A DNA stretch of 64,000 nucleotides, taken from assembly GCA_028534125.1 (NCBI GenBank), contig CM052817.1, positions 26,414,001 to 26,478,000 on the forward strand. The letters are read 5' to 3'. The notes under the pieces are model-generated. The model saw only the letters and a program-made list of their open reading frames with translations. It made no database searches and was not told where the DNA came from. This document shows positions 37,372-50,996 of this stretch, piece after piece. The stretch's first letter is position 1; the number at the start of each line of letters is the position of its first letter. Position numbers and translations under genes: made by a program. The DNA comes from Lama glama. Taxonomy: Eukaryota.

Positions 37372-37721
37372 ATTAGTCTATTTAGGCCGCCACAGAAAAA
37401 TACCATAGACTAAACAACAGGAAATTAATTTCTAACAGTTCTAGAGGCTAGAAGTCCCAGAACAAGGTCTAGCAGTGTCAGTTTCTGTGAGTTCTCTTTC
37501 TGCCTTGCAGATAGCCATCTTGCTGTGTTCTACATGGTGGAGAGAGCAAGTTCTCCGGTGTCTCTTCTTATAAGGACACTAATCTTCTCTGATCAGGGCT
37601 CTAACCTTTTAACCTCATTTAACCCTAATTCCATAAAGGTCCTGTCTCTAAGCACAGTCACATGGTGGGGTGGGGGTTTCTACAACGGGATTTAAGGGGA
37701 CACAACATTCAGTTTATAACA
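37372..37721. mobile_element. MLT1A-like MaLR solo LTR inside an L2 (L2 - strand ~37250-38780)
   Basis: aaataccatagact, acagttctagaggctagaagtcc, tctcttcttataaggacactaatc, gggacacaacattcagtttataaca. Confidence 0.85.
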
Positions 37722-39416
37722 GTTTTCAGCAGTGTAGTGACATGGTCTTAGTAGTAGAAGGATCACTGTAGTGCAGTGTTGAGAATAGACTTGTGAGCTG
37801 GGGAGAATGGAAGCAGGGAAACTAGTTATCATTAGAAGCCTGTAGTGGTAATTAGAGACCATGTGGCTCAGACTGACGTGGTAACAGTGAAGGTAATGGC
37901 GAATAGAGATTAGATTCTGGATATATTTTTAAAGTAGAGCCAACTGAATTTCTTTTTGGATTGATATGGATGTGAAAGAAAGAGAGGCATTAAGTATTAC
38001 ATCAGGTTTAGTTTTTGGCCTGTGTAAATAGAGGTTGTCATCATTTGAGATGGGGAGGGTTGAGATAAAATAGTTTCGTGGTAGGTGTAGAATAATGGAT
38101 TTCAGAAGTTTTAAGTTTGAATATGTTAAGTTTGTTGAATAAGTAGTTGGGTCCATGAGTTTGGAGTTCAGGAGTGAATTCTGGGCTAACTATATATTTG
38201 AGAGTCATTACCAAGGAGTAAAAAATATTGCTGATGTAGAGCAAGGGTAGAAGACCAAGGAGTAAGTCTGGGCCATTCCATTGTGAGAAGAGGTCTGGGT
38301 GAAAAGGAAGGGCTAGCAAAAAAGACGGACAACGCTCACCCGGTGGGATAGGAGGAAAAGAAGTAGTGTGTGATGAAGAAAGTTTAGGGAGAAGAGAGCA
38401 ATGAACTGTGACAAATGCTGCTGAGAGTCAAGAGAGTGGGAACCATAGTATTTTTCAATGTGGAAATAATTCATTCTCTCCACACCCAATTTCAGTGGAA
38501 TAGCCAATTGGAATGGGTTTGAGAGCTTGGAAGGAGAGGAATTGGAGATAGAGGATATACTTATTACTTGAGACATTGTCCTGCAAAGGGAGTAGGAAAA
38601 TGAAGAGAGAGCTGGCAGGGGAAAGGGGTTAAAGCAGAATGGGAGAAATAACTGAATGTGATGGGATTGATCCAACAGAGAGGGAAAAATTAATGATGCC
38701 TTAGAGAGAGGGAGAGTTGCTGAACTCAATTATCCTTGAGATAGAGAAGATGGATGTGGTGCACAGGTGTAGGGCTTGGCTTTTAGATTATAGCCTTACT
38801 AGAGTTTTGAAGAATAGAATGAACTGTCATTTAAAATAGTTTTAAAATTATGGAAGTCATTCCTATATATAATACATATTCAAACCATAAAAAATACTGA
38901 AGTCCTATTCCGTTGAGGTAGATGCTTTTCATAGTATTTCTGAGATCTTTCCAGAAATTTTCTATACATGTACAAATATGTGAATAATCCTTTTTTGTCC
39001 AAGTGAGATTTCTGTACCTTACTTTCTTAACAATTTATTTTAAGAACATTTTCTCATTAACACCTAACTTTAAAATCCATTGTATGCTTTCATTGTATGA
39101 TTATACCTTCATTTATTTAGCCAGTTCCATATTAATAAACACTGAATTGTTTATATTCTTTTGCTATTACAAATGATGGTGAATTGGATATCCTGATGTA
39201 TTTGTATTTTTGCACTCTTACATAAATATCAGCATAAATTTCTGAAAGTTATTTGCTGCATCAAAGAGATTGTGCATTTTACCAGTTTAACACACTCATC
39301 AAGATTAGATAATCTTTTAGGTTCTTTCAGTTTTAGCATGCTGTGAATTTGGAAACAATGATTTTAATTTCGTAGAAGTAATTATTTTTAAATGTGTTTG
39401 TCTTTTTTGTATGTAG

Positions 39417-39493
39417 TCTCAAAAACATAAATATAAAGTTCTTTTTCGGGAACCGGACACATGGTGGAAATTCAAACCAAAGGAACTTGCAAG
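39417..39493 (+). CDS. N4BP2: N4BP2 exon 7 (SQKHKYKVLFREPDTWWKFKPKELAR)
   Basis: tag|TCT and AG|GTAAAA; 77 nt. Confidence 0.96.
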
Positions 39494-40144
39494 GTAAAAC
39501 TTGGAACTTAACCTAACGCATTTTTAATTTCATGAACGTGTTAAGAGTCCATCTAGAATTTTTTTCCCCTTATAAGTAATGAATGAAACAAAAGGGATTA
39601 GATTGCAGCTTTGCCACTTAAATTGATAACAAATTTTGTGTTGCCTATAGGCTTGCTTTTTCAGTTTATGAAGAATTTGTATCTTTTTGTTCCTAAAATT
39701 GTTATCTAACAGTCAGAAAAATTCTAATTGTCTTATGTAGTCAGGGTTTTATTACTTACTAGTAATATGATGTCAATATCTGAAATTAGTAGGGACTCTA
39801 GGGTTCAGCATACCTGAACTTTGTGCTACTGGGAGGAACAAATTATTGTGACTGCCTAGTGACTTAAAATGCTGAAAGGAAGTGAGGAAGTATAGATGGG
39901 AAAGGTAGCAAATGTCCAGCTGTCCAGGTATTTCACTACCTGCTGTCCCGCTTCCCCTAAGAAGGTTGTATTTTTTGCTTTATTTGACTTGAATAAAAAT
40001 GTTACTTAGGACATGGACATACAGTGTGTTTTGTTTTGTGCTCTGGATTCCCTTAGAGATAACTCTAAATTAATTTTGGTCAGGGTACTTTCTTCTTGGT
40101 AATTTAAACTAATTTCAGTACTCACTAAAGGACAACCTAACCTT

Positions 40145-42900
40145 AGGATATTCACAATGTTGTGCAACCATCACCACTATTTAATTAGAGAAGATTTCCA
40201 TCACCTCAAAAAGAAACCCTGTACCTGTTATTAGTCACTCCCAATTCCCCTCTCCTGTAGGCAGCCACTAATCTGCTTTTCTTTCTCTATGAATTTGCCT
40301 ATTCTGGACTTTGCATATAAATGGAATCATACAATACGTGACCTTTTGTGTCTGGCATCTTTCATTTAGCATATTTCCAAGGTTCATCCATGTTGTAGCA
40401 TGTATCAGTACTTCATTCTTTTTTATTGTCCTTTTGATGCATTATTAGATTTGGTTTTCTAATATTTCATTTAGGATTTTTGCATTTATATAAATGGGTG
40501 AGATTGACTTACAGTCTTTTCTTCCTTGCCCTGACTTGCCTGGCTTTGGTATCATGGTTTTGGGTTCATAAAACTCGTTGGGAAGTGTTTCTTCTTTTTC
40601 TCTTTTCTGAGTTTATGTAAATTTAAATATTGGATAGAATTTACTTATGAAACTATCTGGATTCTGTTTTCTTTGTGAGAAGTTTCAGTTAGAATTTGTC
40701 CATTACTCAAAATTTTCAGATTTATTAAGATTTTATTAAGACAGTTATAGTATTCTCTTACCATTTGTATCTCTGCTGCATCTGTATTTAAGTTCCTCCT
40801 TATAATCTTAGTATGTTTATGTGTGTGTTCCTTCTTTTTTGCTTGATTATTCTTACTAGAGATCAGATTTTTTATTGAACTTTTCAAATAAACATCTCTT
40901 TTCTTGGTTGATCTTTCTATTATAAGTTTGTTTTATGTTTAATTCATTTGTTTTTCTTTTATTCTACTTTCTTTGCTTAAAAAAGGTCTACTTTGCTCTT
41001 TTTATTGTTATTTTTAAAAGGCTTTACCTGAAAGTTTAGGTCATTTTTTAATATGAGCATTCAATGCTATAAATTTCCCTAGGTACTATGTTAGCTTCTC
41101 CTAGACTTTTTAATATATTATACCTTATTTTTATCATTTATAATTTGCATTACAGTTTTATTCTTTAACCCTTGGATTATTCAGAACTATGTTTTAAATT
41201 TCTGAACAGATGGTTTTAATTTTATCTTTTTAAAAAAATTGGTTTTCATCTTTACTGCAGTAGGTAAGATTGTGTGGTTTGTATAATACTAATTCTCTAA
41301 TATTTTTTAAGATGTGCTTGACTAATTCATTGTCAGTTTTTAAGATAAATGTTCATATTTGCTTGATAGAAATGTATAATGGTTATATTGTATTAATATA
41401 TCACTAAATCATGCTTATTCTGTTGTTCACATCTATAACTTTACTTTTTAAAAAAGTTTGCTTGATTAATGTTGAAGAGAGGGATGAGAAAATCTACTGT
41501 GAGAGATGCTGAAATCTCCCTCTAATGTTGATTATGTCATGTTTTTCCTTATATTCCTGCCAATTGTTGCTTTATATATACTGAGAATATTTTTTGCAGT
41601 GCACATAGCTTAAGACTTTTATATCACTAATTAATTGAACATTTTATCCTTGTCTAGTGATTTTCTTTTATTAATATTAATTTTTGTTATAAAATCTAAT
41701 GTGTCTAATATCAATCGAACTATACCAGCTTCTTTTAGTTAGTATTTGAGTGTTACTTCTTTTTTTTTTTATTCCTTTACTTTCAACTTTTCAATATCTT
41801 TATATTTAGGTATATCTCTTGTAACCAGTATGTCTGGGTTTTAAAAAGTCCACTCTATCTTTGGCTTTTAACTGGTAAGATTAGTTCTTTTACAGTTATT
41901 TTGGTTATTAATATAATTGGACTTGTAATTTCTTTTTTCTTTGATTACCTTTTCTGTGGTTGCTTTTTCTCCTATCACAGAAAATTATGTCTTTGTTTTT
42001 TTCTTCCTATCATACCTTATTTTGGATTTTTTTTATTGAATGCACATTTTCTTATTTGTTTTTTCCCTTCTCTACTAATACGGAAATTATATATAGTATT
42101 TGTAGCTTTTTAGTAGCTACATTAAATTTTTATCATGCAAACTTTAAAGTTAAACCATTTTCTTAGCCTTACTCCTCACAAATACAAGGATTTCAAGCAT
42201 GTTAACTCTGATACTTACCTCCTTCCAACTTACATGCTCTGACTTTAGAATGTACAGACAGTGTTTGTTTTCACTCATGTACTTATTGCTTTGTGCTTAA
42301 TTTTTCTTTCATTATAGGCCTTTCATCTGGGAATTTCCTTCTGTGTGACATTCATCTTTTAGGATTTTCTTTAGTCTAGGCCTGCTTCATGTCAAACTCT
42401 CTCTTTTTTTTTTTTTTTAATCTGAAAATTGTTTTATTGTCCTCATCCCTATAAGATATTTTCGCTGGGTGTATAAATTCTAGGTTGATAGTTTCTGTTA
42501 TTGATGATTACCTTTCACTGTCTTCTGACTTCCACTATTATTTCTGTTAAGTCAGCTGTAATTCTAATAGTTGGTTTCTTTGTAGATTAGTTTTTAAAAT
42601 TTCTAGTTGCTTTTAACGTCATCTCTTTATCTTTGGTGAATGGCAATTTTAGTACTGTGTTTCTCATTGTAGATTTCTTATTATTTATCTTGTTTGGGAT
42701 TTGTTGGACTTGTAAGATGAGGGGATTGATGTCTTTCATCAGTTCTGAAAAATTCTCAGCCATTTTCCTTTAAATTGCTTCTGTCCCATGTTCTCTTTTT
42801 TCTTTCTGGGACTTAGATTAGATGTGTACTAGACCTTTTTGCTCTGTCCTCTATATCTATGTCTCTTAACCTCTCTTTCATATTTTCTATCTCTTTGCTT
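40145..42900 (-). mobile_element. L1M fragments (L1MB-like 3' piece followed by older L1M)
   Basis: attcacaatgttgtgcaaccatcaccact; tcttcatcagttctgaaaaattctcagcca-like motifs; T-rich. Confidence 0.7.
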
Positions 42901-43773
42901 CTTTGTGATCTGAAACCAGACAAGATCGAGGTATGTAAATATGAAAGCCAGATTTGCTCAGGTGGCAAATGCTAATATTAGCCCTGAGATCCAGACATTA
43001 AACCTTAGATCCAATTCAAGATAGGAGGCTTGCGTCTGAGATGTTTTCATTAAGACAAGACCCTTGAGGGACTAAAGCATATCATCTTGCCTCCTGGCAG
43101 ATGCAAATCCAGATATTATATTAATGAAAGCACCCCCAGTTTAAGGCCTAAGGAGTCCCATATATTAGCTTCAACAAAATATGAACTCACAAACAGAAGC
43201 ACACAAATAAGCCACCATGAGTGAAAACACAGATGCGTATTTGGACATCCAGAGATAGTAGGAAGCTTTTTCCTTTGCTTGAACTTAAAAATGTATTAAA
43301 ATATGTGTTTGCTTTAATTTATATGGGGTCCAGTTTTATTGTAATGGGCGGGCCCTTTGAGACATCTAGTCTACTGTACTGGCATAAGTGGAAGCCTCTG
43401 TAGTGGAATTTTTTTATTCACTAGTTAATGAATTAAACGCTTGAAATGATGGTCATATTCTTATGAGACTTTTTTGCAAAGCTTGAGAAAAACTTTTTAA
43501 AGTTGTTAAGATCTGCTGTTTTTTTTTTTCCATGCTGAGAAAGGATCTTTGGAAAAGATTGTATGAAATGATTAAGAAAATGGTAATATAGAATAAATCT
43601 TGAATACAATGAAAATTAAAATCAAATAGTTTGTATCATGTCATAATAAAAGCTTTGATATTTTTATGTATTAAAAATGTATCATTGTTTTTCTTGGCAT
43701 TATATGAGCTGGGTTTTTTTTTTTAACTTGATTACTGATGTTCCGTCTACTCTTTTTTCCGTTGGAATTTTAG

Positions 43774-43926
43774 GCGTAATATTCATGGGGTAAGCAAAGA
43801 AAAAATAACAAGAATGTTGGAACACTATCAGCGTTTTGTTTCAGTGCCCATAATCATGAGTTCTTCAGTTCCAGAGAAAATCGAACGTATTGAGTTGTGT
43901 GCATATTCTTGTGAGGACGGTACTAG
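43774..43926 (+). CDS. N4BP2: N4BP2 exon 8 (RNIHGVSKEKITRMLEHYQ...)
   Basis: tag|G and AG|GTAGGT; 153 nt. Confidence 0.96.
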
Positions 43927-44640
43927 GTAGGTTAAAAATTCAATTTAAAACATAATTTAAGAAAAATGTAATTTTGGAGCTTGTGAAATCACTGCCAAAT
44001 AGCTTTAAAAATAATGTAGACATTTGTTATTTGTAGGATTTATATAGTCTTACCTGAAGCAAGATGTGTATGGTTAGCAAGAGAAGTAAAAGTTTATGTG
44101 AATGATGACACGCATGGGAGTTGTTGCGTTGTCTTCTGGTTTATGTAGGCCCATGTTTATCCTATGAATACTCCTGCCTTCTCTATTTAACTTGCTGCTG
44201 TTCCGGTATTTATCTGTTACCTTATCTTGCCTCTACTATTATTTTGTATAATAAATTCACATTACTTCTTGATTTTCTTAGGTATTAATAAAAATACTCT
44301 CTCACACTAGTATTGTAAAAATTTATTATTCATTGTATACTTTTACTAGGTAATACAAGTCATAGCCTTTTGAAAGTTTGCAATCTAGGATAGTACTGAT
44401 TCTGTAAAAAACATTTAGGACACATAGACAATTGAATAAATAAATAAGAAAGAAGCCTTAAATATAAATAGAGATCTAAATTGCTCACATTTTTTGATAG
44501 TAAGTTATGCATGAGAGGCTGTATTAGAAAGGAATTGGGGAGAGAAAATTCATAAATGCTCTTTTATGATCCCTTAATTTAAATTATAATATTAAGGGCA
44601 ACAATAAGAGACTTTCCTATAATAAAAATTTTTTTTACAG

Positions 44641-47021
44641 CCCAAGAGACAATGAAGATATTACCTCTGAAAAAGAAGAAAATGTTTTATCCTCATCTTT
44701 GAAGCACCTGGAGTTAACTGAAGAGAAGAAACTTGAAGTGACCAAGGAAACTATGTTGCCTGAAAATGTTACATATCTCCCTAATGCAGATTTAAACAGA
44801 GGAAGAAATGAAATAAGTGGCGTGAACTCTAACATTCAGAGTGCTTTCATTCAGGAATTTCCAGACACTTGTTTTTCTGATTCTGAAAGTAAAGTACGAG
44901 TTACAGATAAAAGTGAAAAAGAAGAACAAGTAGAAATGGCTTCTGATAAAGAGTGCAGTAAAACCAGTGCAGATAGTTCTGTAGAAGGAGTGCCACCGGG
45001 TACTTGCTATGGTGAAAATAGTCAAGAAGACTGTGATCTTTCAAATACTGTGCCACCTCAAAATGAAAAATCTCCACCTGGTGAAATGTGGGAAGAAAGA
45101 GCAACAGTAAAGAAAAAAGCCTTTGGAAAACAAAAAAGCAAATCAACTTTGGAAAAGTTCCCAAGACATGAGCTGTCTTTTGTTGGTGACTGGCCAGTGG
45201 ATAAGACTATTGGTCAGAGGACAAAAAGGAACCGAAAAACTGAAAAGGCTTCATCTGTACAAAGTGACAAAAAGTATAATCGCCCTCAATCACGCAAAGT
45301 GGTAGATAGCAGTTTATCTGTGAGTATAGATTGTATCCAGCAACAAGGCTCTCCACATGAAAATGTAGAGGATGACAAGTCACAGTGTGAGGATGCTTCA
45401 GAATCTTTCAATAGCAGTAAATATGATCCTTACAAAAATACTGAAAAAGACTCATTGAACATTGTGGGAGACTGGCCTTCATCTGATTCTTTAGCTCAGA
45501 GAGAGCACAGATCAAGAATGCCAAAGGCTAACTTAAGTGAACCCCACCTAGAATTTGGAACAAACAGCAGTATGAATGAAATATCCTTATACACAGCACA
45601 TGAGGCCTGTTGGGGCACAAGCCCTGAAGAACTAAAAACGCTGGGTAGTAATTCTCTAGGAAGTTCTGAAATGCTGTCCAATGAAATGAGCCATGAGAAT
45701 AAGACTTGTCCAGGTAAAAAGATTCATACACAACACACATTGCCTCTCACTTACACCAATAATGTGCCAACTATTCCTGGAGGAGTAGGACCACAACCTT
45801 CAGCTGAATTTCCAGAAGAAAAGTGTAAAGAAGTTCCTGGAATAGGAGTAGGCATGTGTACCCAGACTGAACCACAGGATTTTGCCCTCTTATGGAAAAT
45901 AGAAAAGAATAAAATTAGTGTTTCAGATTCTCTGAGAGTATTAACAGGAAGATTAGATGGATTTAAACCAAAGGCTTTCAGTATTAACACAACACTAGAT
46001 GTTCAAGATACAATTCCATATAGGGTAATGTATGACAAAAGCACATACGTTGAAGAAAGTGAGCTTACTAGTGCTGATGAGTCTGAAAATCTTAACATTC
46101 TTTGTAAGCTGTTTGGATCCTTTTCTTTAGAAGCCCTAAAGGACTTATATGAGAGGTGTAACAAAGATATTATTTGGGCCACAAGCCTTTTGTTGGATTC
46201 TGAAACTAAATTATGTGAGGATACAGAATTTGAGAATATCCAGAAATCGTATGATGCAGCACAAATTGGGCCATTTTCTCTGGGACTGAATTTGAAGGAA
46301 ATTATTAGCCAAAGAGGAACGTTAGAGGATTCCAGTTCTTCTGTGCCAGAATTTAGCCATGGAATTGGTATCAGTAACACTAATGTACAGTCTCCCTGTA
46401 ATTCAGAAAAGGAAAACTCAGAGCAGGCAGAAATGAGAGCTGTAACTACTGAAAAACCTGGATTAATAACAAGTATATTTCCTAACCCCACTGTAGATCT
46501 AAAGAATACTAATGAAATACTTCCTAATAGTCAGGCAGAACTTTCAGGTTTATATAGCATTAAGCAGTTTTTTCCAGGTACTCTGAAAGCTACTACCATT
46601 AAAAATGTGAATGAAATGGAAGAGCATCCAGAAGTCACAGAGGTTGGAGACAGTATACATTCTTCTTTGAATTTGTCTGATATTTTAAATTATGGATCAA
46701 ACACTTCAAATCTTGAATTGCATGAAGAAACTTATTTTACAGACTCTCTTGAAATAAATAAAAATGAAAATCTTCCAAAGGATTATGTGAAATTTCCAAA
46801 CACAGAAGAATTTATGAATGAAGATGAACGGGAAATGGAAAAAATTCTAATGGCAGGGAATACTTTGTCAGCTGGAGTTACTGAAGAAGATAAAACTGAG
46901 GTATTGACTTCTACACCCATGATGGCCAAATCTCTGAGCATAGACTGTCTAGAATTGGCATTACCCCCTGAACTGGCTTTTCAGCTCAGTGAATTATTTG
47001 GCCCTGTTGGTATTGATTCAG
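44641..47021 (+). CDS. N4BP2: N4BP2 exon 9 (2381-nt large exon; mostly low-complexity, includes a CUE-like segment)
   Basis: ttttttacag|C and G|GTAAGA; matches the 791-aa ORF of the track. Confidence 0.97.
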
Positions 47022-47644
47022 GTAAGAAAAAAGTAAATTACCTATATGCGTGTCTTTGTGTGAATAGAATATAGATAGAGAATTCTGTTTCAGTTTTAAA
47101 ATTATTTCATATGTTAACTGAAATGTAAAATAATTTGTGTTGCCTACTTTGTTATTTTTGACACAATGTGTTTGTAGAAGATTTTTAAAAATATAATTTG
47201 AAAATACAATATTTATATGGAATTTGTGTTCATCCCATGTATATATTGGAAGTTTTCTCTGGTATTCAACTCATCCTTATTTGCATAGGTGAATCTTTCT
47301 GAATCTTTTGGTGCTACTCCAGATATCCTTAGGGCAAGATTAATTTCTTAGAACACACTTGCTGGAAGGTCTTGAATAATGGAAATGAATAAATTAAATA
47401 TATTTAGACTAATGGACGTGAATAACTTACATATATGAAGCATTGTATAACACTGTACATGCCAAGAAGTGTGCAAACAATGACATACTACATAAAAGTA
47501 CTCCAGGAGATTTAGAACTAGATACATAGGTTGGTGATTAAAAATACAAATTAGTTTCATGATGCGTAAAGTAGTTGAATATGTTTTCTGCAAATGTATA
47601 ATGAGTAATGATCATATTTTTTCCTCTTTTTTTCCCTTCACAAG

Positions 47645-47730
47645 GGTCCCTAACAGTTGAGGATTGTGTGGTTCATATAGATCTGAATCTGGCTAAAGTG
47701 ATTCATGAGAAATGGAAAGAATCTGTAATG
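47645..47730 (+). CDS. N4BP2: N4BP2 exon 10 (GSLTVEDCVVHIDLNLAKVIHEKWKESVM)
   Basis: Long pyrimidine tract + AAG; donor ATG|GTTGGT; 86 nt. Confidence 0.93.
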
Positions 47731-48254
47731 GTTGGTAGGCTTCATTTTATAAAGAGCCCCCTTTGTGTGCATTTTGTCACCTTTGCTCTTCAGTAAAATC
47801 TGTTATGTTATATGAAAGAGTTCTACTGAATTTAGACTTTTGAGAGAGAATGAACTTCACCAGTTAATGGATTACTAAATTTTTTTTTCTCTATGCAGTG
47901 TTGTAGATCACTTCCACACTGGCCAAACTGTATGATTAAGGATGGAGCTCAATATGATTGTTGATATTTTTTTTTTAAAGGGAAAAAATATCATAATTAG
48001 TTTTTTCCTCCCTAGATTAAAGGCTTGCAGTGCTAATTAAATTTCAAAAACATTAAAAAAAATACAGCATAAGAGCTCTATAAGAAAAAATATATAGATA
48101 TAGTTATACTTTATAATTTTTATCTAATTTTATTAGATTTAGCAAGAACGGGTGATAGTTTTACAAGGAGAAATGATTACTAGAGAAAAATGACATACGC
48201 TTGGTTTTCTAATGCACCCTCTTTTGCCAATCCCCTGTTCTGCCTTTATGTTAG

Positions 48255-48300
48255 GAGCGACAAAGACAGGAAGAAGTATCCTGTGGCAAGTTAATGCAAG
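48255..48300 (+). CDS. N4BP2: N4BP2 exon 11 (ERQRQEEVSCGKLMQ)
   Basis: tag|GAG and G|GTAAAA; 46 nt bridges phase 0 to phase 1. Confidence 0.92.
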
Positions 48301-49606
48301 GTAAAAGCACATACTTTTACGTCTTACGTTCTTGTCTTGGTGTTGAAACTTGGTGTGTGTGTATGAATTTCAACTCATTTTAAATATGCTTCTACAAAAT
48401 ATGTTACCCAAGAATTTTGATTTGCAAAAAAAAGTTCTTTAAAAATATTTAACATTTAATATTGATATAAAATAAAGTAAAACTTAAGAAAAAAGCTCCT
48501 ATAATGTTTAACTTTCAGGAGTGCTGTGGAACACACAAGGTGTGCTCTAATGCATATGTAGTCAGGGTGTTTCCTATTTATGATTTTGCTCTGAATGATA
48601 GAAAACCATTCTGGTTTGAGAACAATAAAATGTTCATGTGTTTGAGAACATCATTGAATTATTACTTGGTCATTCAAAATTTTTATTGATGTTAATATTG
48701 TTAGAGCACAGAAGTCAGCACGCTTTTTTCGGGATATCTGCCAAATTGAAAATATTTGATTCCAGAAGATTTCTTAGGTAGCACTGTCCTATATGATTAG
48801 CTCAGGGTGGCAGACCTGGTATAGCATCCTCCTTTTGTGCGTGAGTTCCTCCAGATGCCGCTCTTGTCCAGTCCATACTAGGACTCCAGATTGAAGATGG
48901 ACAGAGTGAAGATCCTTAGCTTTAGTTCAGACCTATGCTCATGTTGCAGCTTCAAGAACTAAAGTTGTTTGAAAGCTAAAGGTGCCCAAAGGATATCAGA
49001 GTTATTCAGATGACAGTATTGGCTATGTCTTCACTCTCCAGGAAAGCAAGTTAGTATATCAGAATGTGTTGCTATCCCTTAGAAACACTGAAATACTATA
49101 CACTAAATCTTGTGATTATGAACTTCTTAGAATATTCAGTTCCTTATGTTGAATATCATTTGTTCAGTATTTATTGTGTGCCTCCAGTGGGTTACAGATT
49201 TGCAGGAATAATTGATCCTTTCAGTTCTTGGGAGTGGCTAAGAAGAGCTGACCAGAGCCGATCTAGGTAGACTCTTCTGGCTGGCTGCACCTTCCTCTGT
49301 TTACCAGTGTATGTGTACCACTTTTTCTGTGTGTTGAGGTGATATGAAAAGAGTGGGAAGTGCTGACTTGATTTACGATAATACCCAGATCATTGCTCAT
49401 TTGAAATATTCTACCGTTTATACACATTTCTTGCTTACAATTATATGAAGATATCTTCTGAAACTTCAGAGTTGTGTTACATTTATAAGCTGAAAGTAAA
49501 AAATTATGTTTCCTGAGTCTCTCTGAGCTAGGTGTAACAGAATGAATATTGCCTAACTTGTACATTTATTGTTGAGGGTCTGATACTGTTGATATTGCTT
49601 TTATAG

Positions 49607-49803
49607 ATCCTTCCCTGGTTGGGCATGTTGGTCTTGATAATCCTGAACAAAAATCATCTCAGAGAACAGGCAAAAAATTACTGAGGACTTTAGCAGCACC
49701 TGAAATGCTACCTTTATTGGATCATTGGAACACTCAAACTAAAAAAGTATCGCTCAGAGAAATAATGTCAGAAGAAATTGCCTTACAGGAAAAGCATGAT
49801 TTG
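49607..49803 (+). CDS. N4BP2: N4BP2 exon 12 (...KKVSLREIMSEEIALQEK)
   Basis: tag|AT and TTG|GTATGA; 197 nt open. Confidence 0.95.
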
Positions 49804-50924
49804 GTATGAGTTAGTATAAACATTAAGCCTTTGTCTCTGATTCTAGGTTGATTGTGTGTTTACTTTGTGATTTTCATTTGGTTCCACTTTTCCTTGTCTG
49901 GAATCTGTATTTTAACCTGGTCAAAGTTAATGTTAAAATTGAAAAGTGTTTTAAATATAGCTTGAAATTGGGTTTTTTTTTTTTACTTCTGGGAAATTTA
50001 TTGATATTCTGTTAACAGTAAGCCAATCTGTGTTAAATCTGTTGTTTTAGATTTATTTTTGCAGGTGATTGAGCTGCATATTTCTTTTAACATTTACTTC
50101 TGTAATTTTTTAATTCTAGAAAAACAAAAAAAGTCCCTTTTGAAGATTTTATTCATAAATTAGTAATAAGAAATGACTGTCTTGCTATTAAAGAAATATC
50201 CATCTTTGAAATAAAATTTTTTAGAAAAAAAATTTGAGAAACAAGAACTTGAATTAAAAATTAAGTATTCTTCTTTTTCTAACTTTTCAGTTAAACAAAT
50301 TCAAACAGAAACTTCACTTTACTTTGAACTTAATTTTTGTTCCTTATTCAGCATATCTAATTATATGAAGCCATAAGAGAATTTGGTTTCTTTTGCATTT
50401 CTTTTTCTTAGGCTTTTCTGAAATTCTGAAAATTTAGCGTTTGAGTATTTCAGAAACGAAAGGGTGAAGACCTTAGAGGTTATTTAGTCTAGTTCTCAAA
50501 GAAAAAAAGTTCTCAGATGATGATGTTAAAAAATTTTGCCCTCTTGTTTTTTTTTTTTTTAACTCATTTGATTGCTTAAAGGAGCACCTTTATATCTGGC
50601 TGAAATACATAGAATTAGGGCATAGAAAGACTGATGGTATTCCTCCACCTTGATTTTTAAATACCCCAGTTATCTTGTTAATTAAATTGGAAATATGCTA
50701 CCATTTTCATCTTTGCATGTTTACATAATCTGAGGAACAGTCTCTTCAGTAGGATCTCATAATTAGTGTTGTTTCAGATCTCTCTTCAATTTATGTAATA
50801 AAGTGGAAAAATGGGTTTTCTTAAAAAAGAAGGAAAGCCTAGAATTTATGCCAAAATGGTGTGACACTTTTTGTTGAGATGCCATTTTCCATTACTGAAA
50901 CTTATCTTTATGGTTCTAACCTGC

Positions 50925-50996
50925 CTTTTAATCTCTCAGTATAATAATGAACAAATAAATATCTTTTAATCTCTCAGTATAATAATGAACAAATAA
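50925..50996. repeat. Perfect 34-bp direct duplication with ATAT spacer
   Basis: CTTTTAATCTCTCAGTATAATAATGAACAAATAA at 50925-50958 and 50963-50996. Confidence 0.95.

Noticed and set aside
44635..46491. Antisense ORFs (up to 162 aa) over exon 9, and similar ones over exons 4 and 15
   Set aside because: Shadow ORFs of the coding strand with no independent motif or splice support
47022..47400. Exon 9 read-through (stop at 47072-47074) with intronic AATAAA ~47388
   Set aside because: AATAAA is frequent in AT-rich introns and the exon 9 donor is strong; no further support
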